A program made the translations under genes and the position numbers. The notes under the pieces are model-generated. The model searched no databases, was not told the origin of the DNA, and saw nothing but the letters and a program-made list of their open reading frames with translations. A stretch of 62,818 bases of DNA, filler included, from Sphacelaria rigidula (lineage: Eukaryota): NCBI GenBank assembly GCA_964200075.2. It is 9 parts of 9 records of this genome, joined end to end, with 100 filler letters (N's around TTAATTAATTAA, not from the genome) between each part and the next. Parts side by side here need not be neighbours in the genome. Positions count along the whole stretch, not along the records: positions 6,993 to 13,883 come from CAXNAA020017554.1; positions 13,984 to 20,874 come from CAXNAA020017555.1; positions 20,975 to 27,865 come from CAXNAA020017556.1; 6 more parts are not named here. One strand, given 5' to 3'. Shown in pieces: positions 11,201 through 24,746 of the stretch; within the stretch, counting starts at the first letter, position 1; each line of letters opens with the position of its first letter.

Positions 11201-13784
11201 CATGAATATTCTGAAATCACTTCTACAGTGAGGGCTCCAGAAATTCCAGACCCGAGAGAAGTATACCAACAAGGACGAACCTGGCGATCATCCGCTCCCG
11301 AGATGACAAGAGGAAGGGTAGGGTGGAAGCTCGCCCAGTTGACGCCCCTGTCGTGGCCTTCCAGAACGTACTTCACCACCGCATCCGTTCCCCCAAAGAG
11401 GTCCGAGTTCACCCTCGACACCACATCATCTTGCTGCTTTTGGGAGGGAAAAGTTGAACAAAAGGCTACGATAAGTACACCGCAAAAACGACCAGAAAGA
11501 AAACGGCACGATAACAAACACACACATACACACACGCAGAGGATAGACACCCCGCAAGTCGCCTAGTCCAGTATCAAAAACATGCTCCACCGCTCGTGAC
11601 AAGGGAAAACGCGCACGTGGTACCTCTTTGAAAAAAAAACATCTGTACATGCATGTTCATACATAGACAAGAGAGAGAGTTAAACTTACCGTGGAACACG
11701 ACAGAAGTCACCGGTACGTGGTATATCACCCCCTGAGTGCACCACCGCCAAGTGGTGAAACATTCAGGGTCCGTAAAAGTCATCAACGATTAGTGGTATA
11801 CCCAGTGTCTAGTTTCCACACATGCCACAGTGTGGACGACTCACCATAGCCGAAGGAGCGCCCCGAACGGTTTTTTTCCTAAGCCCCGTTGTGTCCCACA
11901 CGCGAACAGTCTGATCCAGTGATGCCGATACGACAAGATCGTCCTGATGGAGCGCGCGCGCGGCGGGGGGGGGGGAAGGGATGAACAACTAAAGAATACA
12001 ACAAGAGGGTAATGGATAAGAAAAAAAAACGAAGAGCATGTACGAGCTGGGCCAGCCTAGAAGCGATTTTTCATTTTGCAGGGCTATTTGTCGGCCAGTA
12101 TTTAGAGTTCGACACTAAAATTTGGTATGGACAATGAATAAATAGGGCATAAAAAAATACGTTTGCACACAAAGTTTTTCCTTCATTAGTAAAGGGCATT
12201 TTACTGATGCCTGAAAACTGATTATTGCCCTCAGCTCACGAAAAAAACTGTGTGCAGAGGTGATATTTTTCAACTACTCTATCTATGGTGCATCTCAAAT
12301 TTTAGGGTCCAACCCCAAATATTGGCCGACTAATGGGCCGTTTAGCTACCAGGTCGGTAGAAATTCGGAACAGTATTTTAAAGGCCATTTACCCTCCCAC
12401 GTTTGGTGTTCGTGTTTTGAAATCTTGTGTGGGACCTCACCAGGGTATTGTGGAGGAGAAAAAGTAGGCCACGTTGGTATTCATTCATCTTCTCCACTTG
12501 TTCAGAGCTTTCTAGTATGGTGACCATTTTTTCAGGAGGACGCCCAAACCTTCCCCCTCCCCCCCCCCAAAAAAAAGTTGACGGCCCATTATTTTCTGTT
12601 GTTCAGCATACTCACGTGGTTCTCCATGCCAAGTTTCAAATCACAGTTCTGAAAATTTAGCAAAAAAGTTGACATGAGGCCCAAGAGCAATGTTCATTTC
12701 TCCTCGAAACTCCCCCCAAAAAATTGAAAAGAAATGGAAAAAAAACGCAAAAAGGTAAAAAGCTGTTTTTCGCATTCATAGAGCACTAGCGTTTCTACAT
12801 AAGAAATTTCATAGCACAACTCTCGAAAACTGAGACGCGATATCTAGCGCCTCTGCTCGTAATATATTGATCTTAGTGTAGAACCTGATGTGTGCCATAT
12901 CTCGAGATAAATTACGAACCAGGTAAGGGTATCTATCGTCTCCCCGTGCTCCAGGGAAGATCCACACCAAGAATCGTCCTCATCCGCTAAATGTTTTGAT
13001 CGGCGTTTAATATAGATTTTGGAATGGACGCTATCTCCGTAAGGTATAGGAATTACTAGACATGGGGTTTATTCAAGGAGAAAATATTGGCCCAGACCTT
13101 CGAGCAAATGGACACCTTCCCTCGATTAGACGATTAATACGACATGCGGATCACGGCCCAACTCGTCTGTGTCGATGAGATATTGCTTTGAGAGCTTAGA
13201 TCTGTTTTTAGGCTGGCCCAGTTCGTCTATATAGGGTTAGTTCGGCCCAACAGTAGCACGCTCCGGGTGAAGTGTGTACACATTTATGCAGAAATAAATC
13301 AATACAGGGAATATGATAAAAAAAAATCCATATAATATATGTGCAGGGTTGGGGTTGATTTTGTTCGGGGGGGGAAGGGAACCCAATATATTTTCAAGTA
13401 AAAAATGAGTAAAAAAAGACCCCAACATCTCCCACAGAGAAATGGTTCGAAACAACTGGAAAAAAACGCAACGTCAATTGACGGAAGTGTGAAAAAAATC
13501 TCTCACAAAATGCATCACATTGCGAAAAAAAAAGCCAACAATATATACTTAAATATAAAACCATTATCCCTGCATAGCGTGGTCAGTGACGTATTCAGCG
13601 ACGCAGTGCTTCCGCCACAGCATCCATACATTTCAACACAGGGCTGTCCCTGTTTCTCCTGTCTGGCGTTTGCACTGAGGAATCAGCTCACCTTGGGATG
13701 GAATGCCGCACACATCACGTAGTGGTTATGCCCGGTGAGGACGGCGATGCAAGTGCGGCTCTGCCAGTTCCAGATTCGGATGGT
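8289..13784 (-). CDS. COPA: Coatomer subunit alpha (alpha-COP), internal WD40 exons; partial gene
   Basis: Phase-compatible GT-AG exons: 13784-13692 ([31 protein letters not shown]), 11943-11845 ([24 protein letters not shown]...), 11433-11281 (...[35 protein letters not shown]), 9552-9415 ([46 protein letters not shown]), 8454-8289 ([51 protein letters not shown]). These are hallmark alpha-COP motifs. Confidence 0.97.
10791..11185 (-). mobile_element. Putative tRNA-derived SINE in a COPA intron, flanked by ~55-bp diverged direct repeats
   Basis: Minus strand 11120-11050 is tRNA-like (B box GGTTCAAATCC, ends CACCA); direct repeats at 10791-10847 and 11129-11185. Confidence 0.55.
12043..13225. 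mobile_element. Non-autonomous Tc1/mariner-like DNA transposon in a COPA intron
   Basis: TIR CGAGCTGGGCCAGCCTA / TAGGCTGGCCCAGTTCG, TA at the left flank; similar TIRs bound 57373-57982. Confidence 0.65.
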
Positions 13785-14094
13785 CTAATGGAAAGACCGT
13801 GGAGGAGGGGGGGGGGGGGGGGGGGGGGACTCGCGGGGCGGGGAAAGGCAAAAGGCGAGAGCCGGGGCGCCGCAACTAACTATNNNNNNNNNNNNNNNNN
13901 NNNNNNNNNNNNNNNNNNNNNNNNNNNTTAATTAATTAANNNNNNNNNNNNNNNNNNNNNNNNNNNNNNNNNNNNNNNNNNNNCGGTATCGGTAGGGTAT
14001 GAGATGTCCCAAATACCGGTACCGGGTACCTACCTTACCTACGGTGCCTGTGGAATAATGCAAAACTGACGGCCACAGTCCTAGGGACATGCAC

Positions 14095-17000
14095 CTGTTC
14101 TTCACGATGCGGTAGCTCGTCGTGATCACCGCAAATACCCTCCCCGCTTCGTTGTGAGTGATCCGGATGGGGGCTTCTCCAAGGCTGACTTTCTGTAAAT
14201 GCAAATGAGAGGATAAGTGAAACACAAGAGCAGATGAAGTCGGTCAAGTCCTAGCTATGTGTCTGGCCCAGGTATCTCAAGCTGTTGACAACGATGTCTT
14301 GGTGAAGAAAGCCGCGGGGGCGATGGGTGGATGACAACACAGCAATGCTGTCGGCAAGAACGACAACCCATGGATGACGGAAGAAGGACTGTCAAGTGTT
14401 TTTTGTGCAAATACGTAACAGCGCCACGGCCATCGCACGGGGGGCCAAAAATCCTGCGCACCTGTATGTGAAGCTTCTGGATATCGTCGATGGTGCCAAT
14501 CGTTAGGCTGTTTTCGCTGGCCAGCGCTAGGCAGTGGGGGAGTTGGCTGGAATCAAATGAGCACACCGAGTTCACCTGTCAGACGAGGTACAAAAATGGC
14601 AGGAAGTTAAAACCTAAAGGTGAGCTCTGGTCGCTCTGTCGATGATGACAGCTCGCCGACGATGTGAAATCGCCTCCCCCAACATGAAACACCAAGCCGT
14701 ACCGCCCACCCACCTCGCCCATATTGACGTTTGCATAAAGTAGCTTGCCTCCACTGCAGTATATGACAGCGGGTCGATCGCTTGCCACGAAGACGCAAAC
14801 CATGCCGTTGTTTCGGAAGCAAGCTAGCCCTATGGGCTGAGTTCCAACCGCCACTTTTTTCGCCGCCCCCAGCGCGATGTTGGATTCTTCGGACATCTCC
14901 AGCGGGAACGAAACTACGTGCCCATCGCCCAGGCCAACGAATAAGTAGTGGGTATCAGCGATCGTAGCTAACATCACAGATCGGGCCTGGGGAAAGATGG
15001 AATTTCCATTGATCGGGGAAAGCGCAACAACGTCAGTGTCAGTCACCATTATAGCGGTGAATGGAATCAACACACATAGCGTTTTTACAGCTGTTTTTTC
15101 AAAAACGCGCGCGTGGCCTCTGTGTCCGAGTTCACCATACCTGGAATGGAGGCATGGATTGGGATGAATCGACTTGCCTGCGTGTCACCCCCAAGCGCTT
15201 GAGATGAGGCCACCAATAGGTCAGGTAGGGTTAGCAGTCGCACCTGCAGTTTGTGGAGCGATTTGGTGCGCAAGTCGGCTGAGTTAACGTATCAAAACGT
15301 GACCGACGGTTTTATGCTCTGATTTTACCCATTGCAAAACAGACTACTAACCAACTATGGGTTGAACTTTCGCCTTTGCGACGCACCGTCATGTCCGTCC
15401 ACGTTCCGACAGCCACAAGTGAATCCAATAGCTGCTCCTGCTTGCCATCATCACTCTCCATTGCTGCTGCGTCTGGTTCTAAGTCTGTCACCAGTTGATT
15501 GCTTGTTGGGTTCAGGCTGATGCAAGCTATTTCGTTTTCAAGCTTGATCTGTGCTTTTTGCACGAGCTGGTCGAAAAGCAGAAGATTGGATGGGATGCGG
15601 GAAATGGAAGCGGTGAGCAACACCAGTGACTAACGGTTGAACACGTGAAGTAAAATTTTGAGAAACTTTTTCAAGGGATAGAGGCAGGACCTCTAGCTTA
15701 CAAGAAGGGGAACACATGCACGCGACGAAAGGGTTCGGCCACAATGGAGTCAGATCACAGATTTTCGGTAGACCCTGGTTTACCCCAACAAAGCGGTGTC
15801 GTGTGGGATAGGTACGTCATTTTGAAGTTGAGACCATTCGCTCCACACAAACCAGTAAATTCGTTGGGTACTACGCAGAAAAAATGACGTGCCAGAAACC
15901 AATACCCGCAAAGTGAAAACGCGGCCACTATTTATGAAGATTTACCTTTTGTCTTGTTTCATCCACTTGCAGATGAACGAGATTACCACCACCGAGGGCA
16001 AGCACCACTCGCATCGAGTTCCCAGAAGCCAGCGTGACTTTGAGATCGGGAGGAGGATCCCATCTGTCAATAGGCCGAAGAGTGTCACAGGAGATGAGGA
16101 CAACTCCGTTTTCGGTCACTTGCACCGCCATATTCCCATTGACGCAGCCACAAAAAAGCGTACGCCCTTTTTGGAAGCCCTCTATTTCACTCTCTTGCAG
16201 CTCCCCAACGCCGTCCTCCTGCTCCTCGAGCGCCAATATGCGAGTCTCGTTAATGAACGCTTGTACTAGGTACTTATCGTGTTGCGAGCCTGACGGGCGC
16301 AATGACCACATGCCCTTCACACCGTCGAGTGATATGGTGGCATGGTCATTGATTCCGATACCGTTGCGAATGATTCGCAGGGATCCATCCTTGTGGGAGC
16401 CACTGCAAGTGACAGCCTGACCTTGGCCTTGCCGGTCCAAGTCTGCCACACACATGTCCATGATTGGACCAAGGTTATCATATACTTCCAGCACTTCGAC
16501 GTACGTGCCCTCCTCGTTCCTGTCCGGTCTGAGCTTGATGAGCTGGCTGTCACCGAACGCGCTCCCAATAAACACCACTCCGTTGTCTAGGTAAGATATG
16601 CTGGATGCGCAGCTCGTCTCCCCCAGAGCCTCAACGTGCGCAGTCTTGACCTTTGGGCGTGCAGAGTCCTTTGGGCGTGCAGAGTCGGCCGTGAGAATGA
16701 CAACATGAAGTCCGCCGAAGTGATCGCCTATGAGAAGCCGAGACCCATCACTGTCCACCCACCCGTGAGCGCACATCCTCGTGTTTTGGATTGGGATTGT
16801 GATGAAAGCATCACCACTGTGGTAGCAGATTGTCTGGTGTCCTAAAATAAGCACCCCGCCGAACGGCTCTGGAACGGGTATCAGCTCACTGGCATTGTGC
16901 TCGACGTTGAACTGGGACCAAGGCCCATCATTAAATTCTTTGTCTCGAACGTTTACGCTGTACGTTTTGATGTGGCGGGCATATCGTTGATCCTGGTACA

Positions 17001-18608
17001 AAACAGCAATGGTCGGCTTAGTATATCCAGCGAGGAACTTGATGTCCACCACCTCTAGCTCTTCCAAGCGGATGTTAAAAGCCTCCTTCAGCTGGCCTTT
17101 CGCATCCATGGGAATCACTTTGAAGTTGCCCTCGTAGAGGTGAAGTCCAATCATCCGACTTTTCGGATCCATCACTCCAATTTTGTTATTGTCGATGGCA
17201 CGCCCGGTGCGATCTTTTACCGACCCGCTCGTTCTTGATATGATTTCCTGCCGGCGAGATGGGCGATCGGACAGATTTAGAAACGACGGCAACTACTGAA
17301 TTGCGAGTTCACACACGAACACCGTTTTACGATACGGTGATTGCATACTTACTATTCTGGACACTAATTTCAATATTTCTGTCGGGAGGAATTTTATATT
17401 CTCCCCCTTTTCTCTCAAGCCTTGTGCATTTGCTAGTAGCACCCAAACGGCCAGCGTGTTCGATATCATGTTGTCCACACTACGCATTATCCAAGAAGCG
17501 GTGAGAGGGAGGGTATTCATTCAGTATTGCTGACTACATGTTCACTGTTCCTTGAGCACTTGCGAGTAGCACCAACGTGGCCAGTGTGTTCGACATCATG
17601 TCGTACAGACTACAGTACAATATGCACCATACAAGAAGTAGTGAGAGGAAGGTACGTTCAGCATTCAATATCGCTAACTACATATTCACTCTTTCAATAT
17701 TGACGGGAAAAATGAAAATATAGAAACTGGCAAAAAAACAGCAATCGATATCCACCCTCTATGTGTTGCCCCGCGAACGGCAGAGTCTCAACAACCCCGT
17801 CGTCTTTGCAGCGTAAGGGGGTGATATACAACGTAAATGGAGCGGCGAGGCGTTGAGCGTTTGCGATTGCCGTGAAATATTTCAGGTACCGTACTGTACG
17901 TCTGTACCGGGTATTCAGATACTACTTCCTAATACAACTTCCTAACAAGTATGCTCTACCACCATGGGTATAAGCACGCCCCACGCGAACCCCAAACCCC
18001 GCAATATCGAACAAATCAACTTCGAGTCAGTTTCTGTCATGAGGACTCAGGTTGCGGTTGAATATGTTGCGAAACAAGCTCAAGGACCGAGCACAAACAT
18101 TATCTTAGCCGCGTTGGCTCGAATCGAATAATGGCTAACCCTATTTCTTACAGATAGAGCACACCAGAATATGATACCGCACAACACTGCACCAGGTAAC
18201 TGCTCATGCTGCATGTCAAAGCACAGTACAGCTCTACAATAGCGCAGCGTAGTGGGTCAACCCCATCACCGCCCACTCTATCCAAAATAACTCAATGTTC
18301 GTGCAGATGTTGGCGCTCACTTGTTTGTCGGCGTCAAACTGGATCACGCAGAACTGGTATCGTTCGGTCAGGATAAAGATGCGGTCGCAACTCTCATCCT
18401 GCAGACGATATGACTCCATGGTCGCAATTGCTCCATAAATCGGGACATCGAGTCTATGCTGTAGACCCTCAGGTGTAACCTCGCGTATCTCCAGACGCGA
18501 GCCTTTGGCAATGATCAAGTTCAAATCCTCTGGGCCAGTAAATCGGCAGACGAGCGACTTGCTGACAGAGGTGGCCTTCTTCGCCGTGACGACGTACTGC
18601 CGCGACAT
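14095..18608 (-). CDS. DDB1: DNA damage-binding protein 1 (CUL4 adaptor), 5' part; 3' end beyond contig edge
   Basis: Exons 18608-18321 ([15 protein letters not shown]...[13 protein letters not shown]), 17247-15946 (...[15 protein letters not shown]...[24 protein letters not shown]...NLGPIMDM...[31 protein letters not shown]), 15566-15387, 15243-15178, 14986-14714 (LGDGH...GTQPI...SDRPAVIY...KLLYANVN), 14575-14462 ([15 protein letters not shown]), 14192-14095; phases are consistent. Confidence 0.97.
17420..17690. repeat. Diverged ~130-bp tandem duplication in DDB1 intron 1
   Basis: ccttgtgcatttgctagtagcacc...ctacatgttcact followed by ccttgagcacttgcgagtagcacc...ctacatattcact. Confidence 0.7.
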
Positions 18609-21229
18609 CGGGAATGGGTGTGTTGAAACACGCGCCGAACGGATATACTACTTTGCTCTGTGCTTCAACAGTTATTTTCACACTTGACTACAACAGTAAC
18701 TGGTGCAGTCAGTATATACAGCCCATTTGACTCAAGGAGCAATGCCATGCAAGTAGATAATGACAAAAAAACGCGGTGGGTGAGGGACGATCCGGGCGAA
18801 AGGATAACAGATATCGCAGGCAGTGCTGTAGCTAATCTGGAGAGGTGTGTCATTGATCACTCTGCAATCTTAATTACACTTCAGTTGTCTCTGCTGTGCG
18901 GGAATACAAATGACTGTGGAGGTGAGAGAAAATAAAAACAGTAGTAGTAAGAACATTTTCTTCCGCAAACTTGGGTCTTCCTCGCCCTCATTGAGAGTCA
19001 CCTGCTGTAGTCTTCACTGACTCTTGTCTGTTGGACCTTGCGGTTCATAGCACTCTCCTACTGCATTGCCCATTTTCGCTGCTTCTATCTATACCGTCCG
19101 TACTGCGCTGCACGCTATGGTACTCTACGCATTGCCTCTACTCCTGTCTGTCTTTACTGATGCAGCTGTTCCAACTGTTTCACATACAGGAGTTGACGCT
19201 TCAGCACTTCCTGGCTCCCTGATGTATTGAGCTGTACGTAGTTCGTATAATAGTCCGCCATATATCCTCCACCACACTACCACTCATTCTTCCTGATCAA
19301 GTGCTCGCAGAATCCTACACTCCAGTGCAGCAAAGCTAGCGGGAGCGGATTTTGTTTATTTCAAATTATGAACACCTCATGTATATGGGCTGAATACCCG
19401 CAATGTAGGCGCTGCATCATACTAGTTGTGAGGATTTTTTCTCAGAATAACTTTGACATTATGGATATTCTGACAGAACGACGTCGAATTAACCCTCGAC
19501 AGCGCCCCAAGTTTCTGTTCCGAGATTAATCCCTGACAGTATTGCAGTTGTCATGAACACCCTTTTGTGGCCAAGGAGCCCTACCAATTGCAGATAGTGT
19601 CCCCCCCTCCCCCGCTTGTGAAAGAGTGACCCCCGCCTTCTCCCCTCGGAGGCCCTTGAGGCGAGGAAAACCCCCACATGAACGACAGACATGCTCTTGT
19701 AGGTGTACCCGATTGAACAACATCTTCAACACCCAGGGATCGCCTGTGCGTGAACAACTCAAAGTAGAGGAGGGTTTACATCTCCGTCCTCTCGTGGCCG
19801 GTAGCCGCGAGGTATTGGCGGCTGGATTTTTATTTTCATTTTTAATTTCATTCTATGTTTATTTTATTTGTCGCACTTTGAATTCCTCCCCCTCAGTGTT
19901 GTTCCTTTTCAATAATATGGAGGCGGGATTTTTGGAGATTAGGCGCCCCAACACAGTACACCAGGCGTCTGATGATGCTGAAATTTGACGTATGTGTGGA
20001 CTGAAGCCACAGGTAGGTGTTGACGCAGCAGTTTCGGCGACCCAAGGCGTTTTGTGCGCTGCGTGGCTTCAAAGGAGGATTATGCACGGTGCTGCAGTGA
20101 TCCCGAAAACAAGAACACTTTCTGATGACAATTCTAGAGGCTAACGGTATGAAATCCGCGCGGAGACAGGAGTAGATCTAGCCATCCTGATTGTTTACAT
20201 CGGACCCCTGTTGGTCGAGGCTGGCAACAAGGCCGGAAAAAAACGCTAGTTAAGGTTCTCCATATGTTGAAGGCAGATAGATGCCCCCGAGTTTTATACG
20301 CCGTGCCGAGCAAGACGCGGCCGCACAACGCAGCCAAGGAGATGAGTGTCTTCTGTCAAAGACCACTGCGGACCTGCTCGGGCAGGAGGTAACGTCTCCT
20401 CCCTCACAGTGCAAGACCTAGCGTGGGCGTCACCACGACGATCTGAAAATGACAGGGGCAGCTGCTGTAGTTTTCTTCTATCAAAATCAATCAGATATTC
20501 TTCCGTAGTGTGCTCCCACGTGAAGATACTTACCTTTCCCTGGCAGGCTCGTGATCACCCTTGTGCAGAGTTTTCATTTGGTTCCAAAATAGGACAGAGT
20601 GCGAGTTGCAACTTGATTTTTTTTCACGATTGGATCGCGGGTATTCTAGCCCTCTAAAGGCGTGGCTCACATCGTACAGTCCGTTCTACAGTACTCGTTG
20701 TACTGGCACTAGGAACACACAGTGTCAACTTCGTCGGGTATTACCGTGCACGGATAGATATCGTGCCGTAAATGCTTTCTACATTCGTAGTGATAGGCAT
20801 TCTTTCCCATCCGGCTGTCAAACGCGCGAAAGTTGGTCTGTAGCGCCAGTTATCCGTGCTGATGTGGAGACCTCNNNNNNNNNNNNNNNNNNNNNNNNNN
20901 NNNNNNNNNNNNNNNNNNTTAATTAATTAANNNNNNNNNNNNNNNNNNNNNNNNNNNNNNNNNNNNNNNNNNNNAGGGAGGGGATGTCAATTTGCCAAAC
21001 GAGGGAAAGAAAAAAAGGGGTCCCCCCCCCCCCCCCCTCAAAAACTCGAAAAAATGATATTGGGGCCCACGTGTCCAGATTTTTATTCCGTTGCCCTCCG
21101 GGAAAGCCTTGAGATTCGCTCGGACCCTCTTCGATGAAAGAGATCGCATTTCGCTCGAGTCAAACCCAGGCATGAATATATATGTATATATATGTGGACA
21201 CACCCTGCCAACAGCGACGGAGTCTACAA

Positions 21230-21480
21230 CAGAAAAAAAGGTGATTCCTGCTCACGTTCGAAAACTCCTTCGCGATCGCGTCTGCTCCGACGTCTTGTTT
21301 CTTCGTCCTCTCTTGGATAGACCCGATGATACCGATGAACATGTATAGCTTGTCGTATGTGTTGCGTACCGACACAGTCTCCCCAACATCGTTCAAAGCT
21401 GGCCGGATGCAATGACATAGAGAGGAAGCAAACCGGCTGTTTCGACGTGATGGACAAGGTGTCATGGATGCACGCAGCAG
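21230..21480 (-). pseudogene. Possible decayed hAT transposase C-terminal (dimerisation) fragment
   Basis: Frame-shifted pieces PASFERC.. and SIQERTKKQDVGADAIAKEFSNVSRNHLFF resemble the ERxFS...E..D...IA.EF......F tail of hAT transposases; resemblance judged by eye only. Confidence 0.35.
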
Positions 21481-21617
21481 TTCGGTCGATCCGCCAAAGT
21501 GGACGACCACATCATGGGATACTTTCAACACACTGTAGGACCTTATACAGACCAGAAGCGAACGGAGTAACGCAGTGAGTGGCTGCGTCGCAGTGCATTA
21601 AACGGCAGTCTAATGTG

Positions 21618-22784
21618 CACACGCGGCCATTTGGCTACCCCAAAAATTCCACCAGGTCGGTCAAGTTTTCGAGCCTCCAGAGGAATTGAACACCCCTGGA
21701 GGGATGCGCGGCCCTCCAGAGGAGATTTTTTTGTTTTCTTCAGAGGGATTCAACGACTCCGGAGGCTTGTTTTTGCCTCCATTACTGATTGATTTGATCG
21801 ACTGATTGTCGCACTTCAACTGACCCCCCAGGGGTCCAGCTGTGGTCTCATGATAGACGTACCCAAGAAAAACGAAACTAAAACACGCTGAAGAAGAGAA
21901 AGAACAGAAAAAAAAACGCGGACAGAACGACATAGCAGACGAAGGCGTAACAAAAAAAAGTAATAAAAAAGTCAACACAACCAAAGCACAGTAATAACTG
22001 GCCGGCCTAAAACAACAACAAAAAAGGAAAAGAAGAGGAAAGTCAAGAGCAAGAAAAAATGAAGTACAACAAAGCGATGAAAAGATAGGAAAAGGCCTGA
22101 GGGATTCAGGGCAGCAGAGTAGATACAGATACACACCAGTGGGCACCGCAGAGCCACCGACTAAGGACATCATAACAACAGTGGATTCTCGAAAATGCGG
22201 TTCAAAATGAGGTTCGAATAAAAAACCGTGCTTTCCCTCATCTGAGTTCATGGCAAATGACTTATATGGACGATTTCATCCCTCCCCACCTCCCTAAAAC
22301 TATTTCGGGTAATTTCGAGCCTTCCGTTCCCGCAAAGGGTATGTGCGAAAGCACGATTACTAGGCCAAAAAACATCATTTTTTAACCCCGAAATCGAGGC
22401 AAAAGTGCTTTGTCACATACCCTTTGCGAGAATGGAAGGCTAGAAATCCCCCGAAATAGTTTCAGGGAGGTCGGGAGGGATAAGGTCGCCCAAATTAAAG
22501 TCATCTGTCATAAATTTCGATGAGGGAAAGCATGGCTTATGAGTTGAACCTCAATTTTTCTTCCAACCCCTTTTTCGAGAATCCACGGTTCTCTGGAGGG
22601 CCGCGCATCTCTCCGAAGGCAACTTGCTACACCCAAATTCCTCCTGAGGGGTGCGCGACCCTCCAGGTCGGTAGTGTTTAGTTTCCTCAAGAGGGATTGA
22701 AGATCTCCAGAGACTAGTTTTGCCTCTGGGGGGCCGCGCATCCGTCCGGAGGCATTTGGGGGGGTAGCCATGTGGCCGCATGTG
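21618..22784. mobile_element. TIR element (CACACGCGGCCATT..GCTACCCC) carrying nested insertions
   Basis: Ends match the MITE at 61853-62192; contains a CAAT-tailed retroposon (~21785-22140) and a foldback element (22179-22588). Confidence 0.65.
22179..22588. mobile_element. Foldback (near-fully palindromic) MITE
   Basis: CAGTGGATTCTCGAAAA...TTTTCGAGAATCCACGG; arms complementary for roughly 180-190 bp; second copy at 27315-27734. Confidence 0.8.
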
Positions 22785-24746
22785 TGTGCGTTGTCATCAG
22801 AACGTTAGCAAGCAAATTTCGTTGACTGTCGCAAAGTGATCCGCGCGGGACGGCACCCCAAAATAACTGATAATATGTGTGACTTGAAAAAAAACGCTCT
22901 CGTTCGCAGATCAGGTCAGCGCGCGGGGGTGCGTCCATAGGTACGGGTCAAATGATATAACGCACACTCGTACGAGTAGACTAAGGTCAAGTGATAAAAT
23001 TAAACTATGTTCCAGTCCCTCTCAGTCCCTCTACATTATATGACGCATTATATGACGCAAACTTGATTTCCAGAGGTCGGAAATGGTTTGCCTAAGCATT
23101 AACCACTTGAATGATGACGCTTAGGGAATTCATTCACCAGTTAAAGGGTAGAAAATGGTTTGGTTATCGAGCGGCGCAGCCGCGGACCAAAAAGCCCCCC
23201 TCGGTGAGCCCCGCTGGAGGCGCCGTGCCGGAGGCACATTTTCAAGCGATTTGACTTCACTAGAGCTAAAAAATACGTGAAATTTAGGCCAATTTTGAAG
23301 GGCTGTATGTAGCATGCGTAGCCGGTAACGGAAAATAGTGGTGTGAAACCATTATCCAATTTTTTCATATAACCATTACCATTATTGTCATTGTGGAGCT
23401 AATGATAATGGCGAGTAATACTGTAATTGGTATCATTTTTGAGCTCTTTTGATGTCAGTATTATAGGCCCCGTCACACATGCTTTTGCCGGCCTTGTGGT
23501 GCCCGCAGGCGCAGTACAGGACCGGGCAGAGGCAGGATGATATCCAAGACAACGGCGGTCCCACAAACGGTGCTCTGTCTATAAGCATGCGGGGTGGTGT
23601 ACCCCAACGTTTGGTTTAAGTGACGCTGTGCCCGTGGTATGGTTGCGATGGCCGGGGGGTAATGTTACAGTCACCATTCGCGCTTAGGTTACTGCTGCAC
23701 CCTACGCAGCCTTGGATACGGCGCATGGCTTAAAATTAAAATGGCTGTATCGTTGTCGTTGTGTGTTGCTTCATGTTGCTCAGATCGAACATAACCGGAA
23801 ATAAGGACTTTACACACATCAACGCTCCTGGCTCACTCTTCTTGTATGCTGTCGTGCTGTTGTTCTGGATGACGAGGCAGAACGGTGCCAACTGGCCGGC
23901 GAGCGCTGGCGAATCTTCTTGCGATATAGATATACAGTAGGTATTTCGACAGTAGGTATTTCGACAGAAAGCTGTCGCGGTATAACGCTGGAGATAACTA
24001 AGCACTTTACGCATGGGACATCAGATAGCCAATGCAATATTATATCTCTTGTGTGTCAAGCTCTTGTGTGTACAATCCCGTGTGCTAGAACGCCGCTTCA
24101 TTTCGAAGGTGTACGCTTCGGTTGCTTTGACTTGGTGCACCGTTGCTGCTCATCAAAAAAATTATCGATGCTGACTGCACATCTTTTTTCAGCTCTCCCT
24201 CGGCTCTCCTCCTGCTATTATGCTGTCCTGGGCTGTAGCAAGCCAAAGGAGGGGAATTAAGTCCAAATCAGGCCCAAACAACAAATAAACGAACAGTGCA
24301 ATCTTGTTGATCTCTCTACGGCAGATAGAGTTACAGCAACGCACGTATCCAGCTCGTATCCAGCGAAAATCCCGACAGGAATAATGGAAAACGACGAAAA
24401 CTTCGATAATTTCAATTTAATTATTTTACAGCGACCCGCACCTACGAACTCGGTGCGGCGCGCTGACATGTACTGGCTTCGCGGTGACACTGGAACGAGC
24501 TCCGATCGGTTTCAATATAGGGAGAGACAATGATATATTATCTGCTTGTCTCCAGATTGATGTGGTCCAGCTCGCGCCAACTCTGCCGGGCAACTTGGGG
24601 ACGAAACACAATTTTTAATTTCACGTGCAGGTGCGGGGCGACTGTGGACGTCAGTCCGTTGTTACCTGATACGACCCGCCTCAATAACAAACAGCAAGGT
24701 GCACGACCTCTGATTTACCCTTGAAAAGAGGCACATGATGGCTTAC

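Noticed and set aside
8289-18608. COPA-DDB1 gene cluster
   Set aside because: Separated by an artificial spacer; different contigs.
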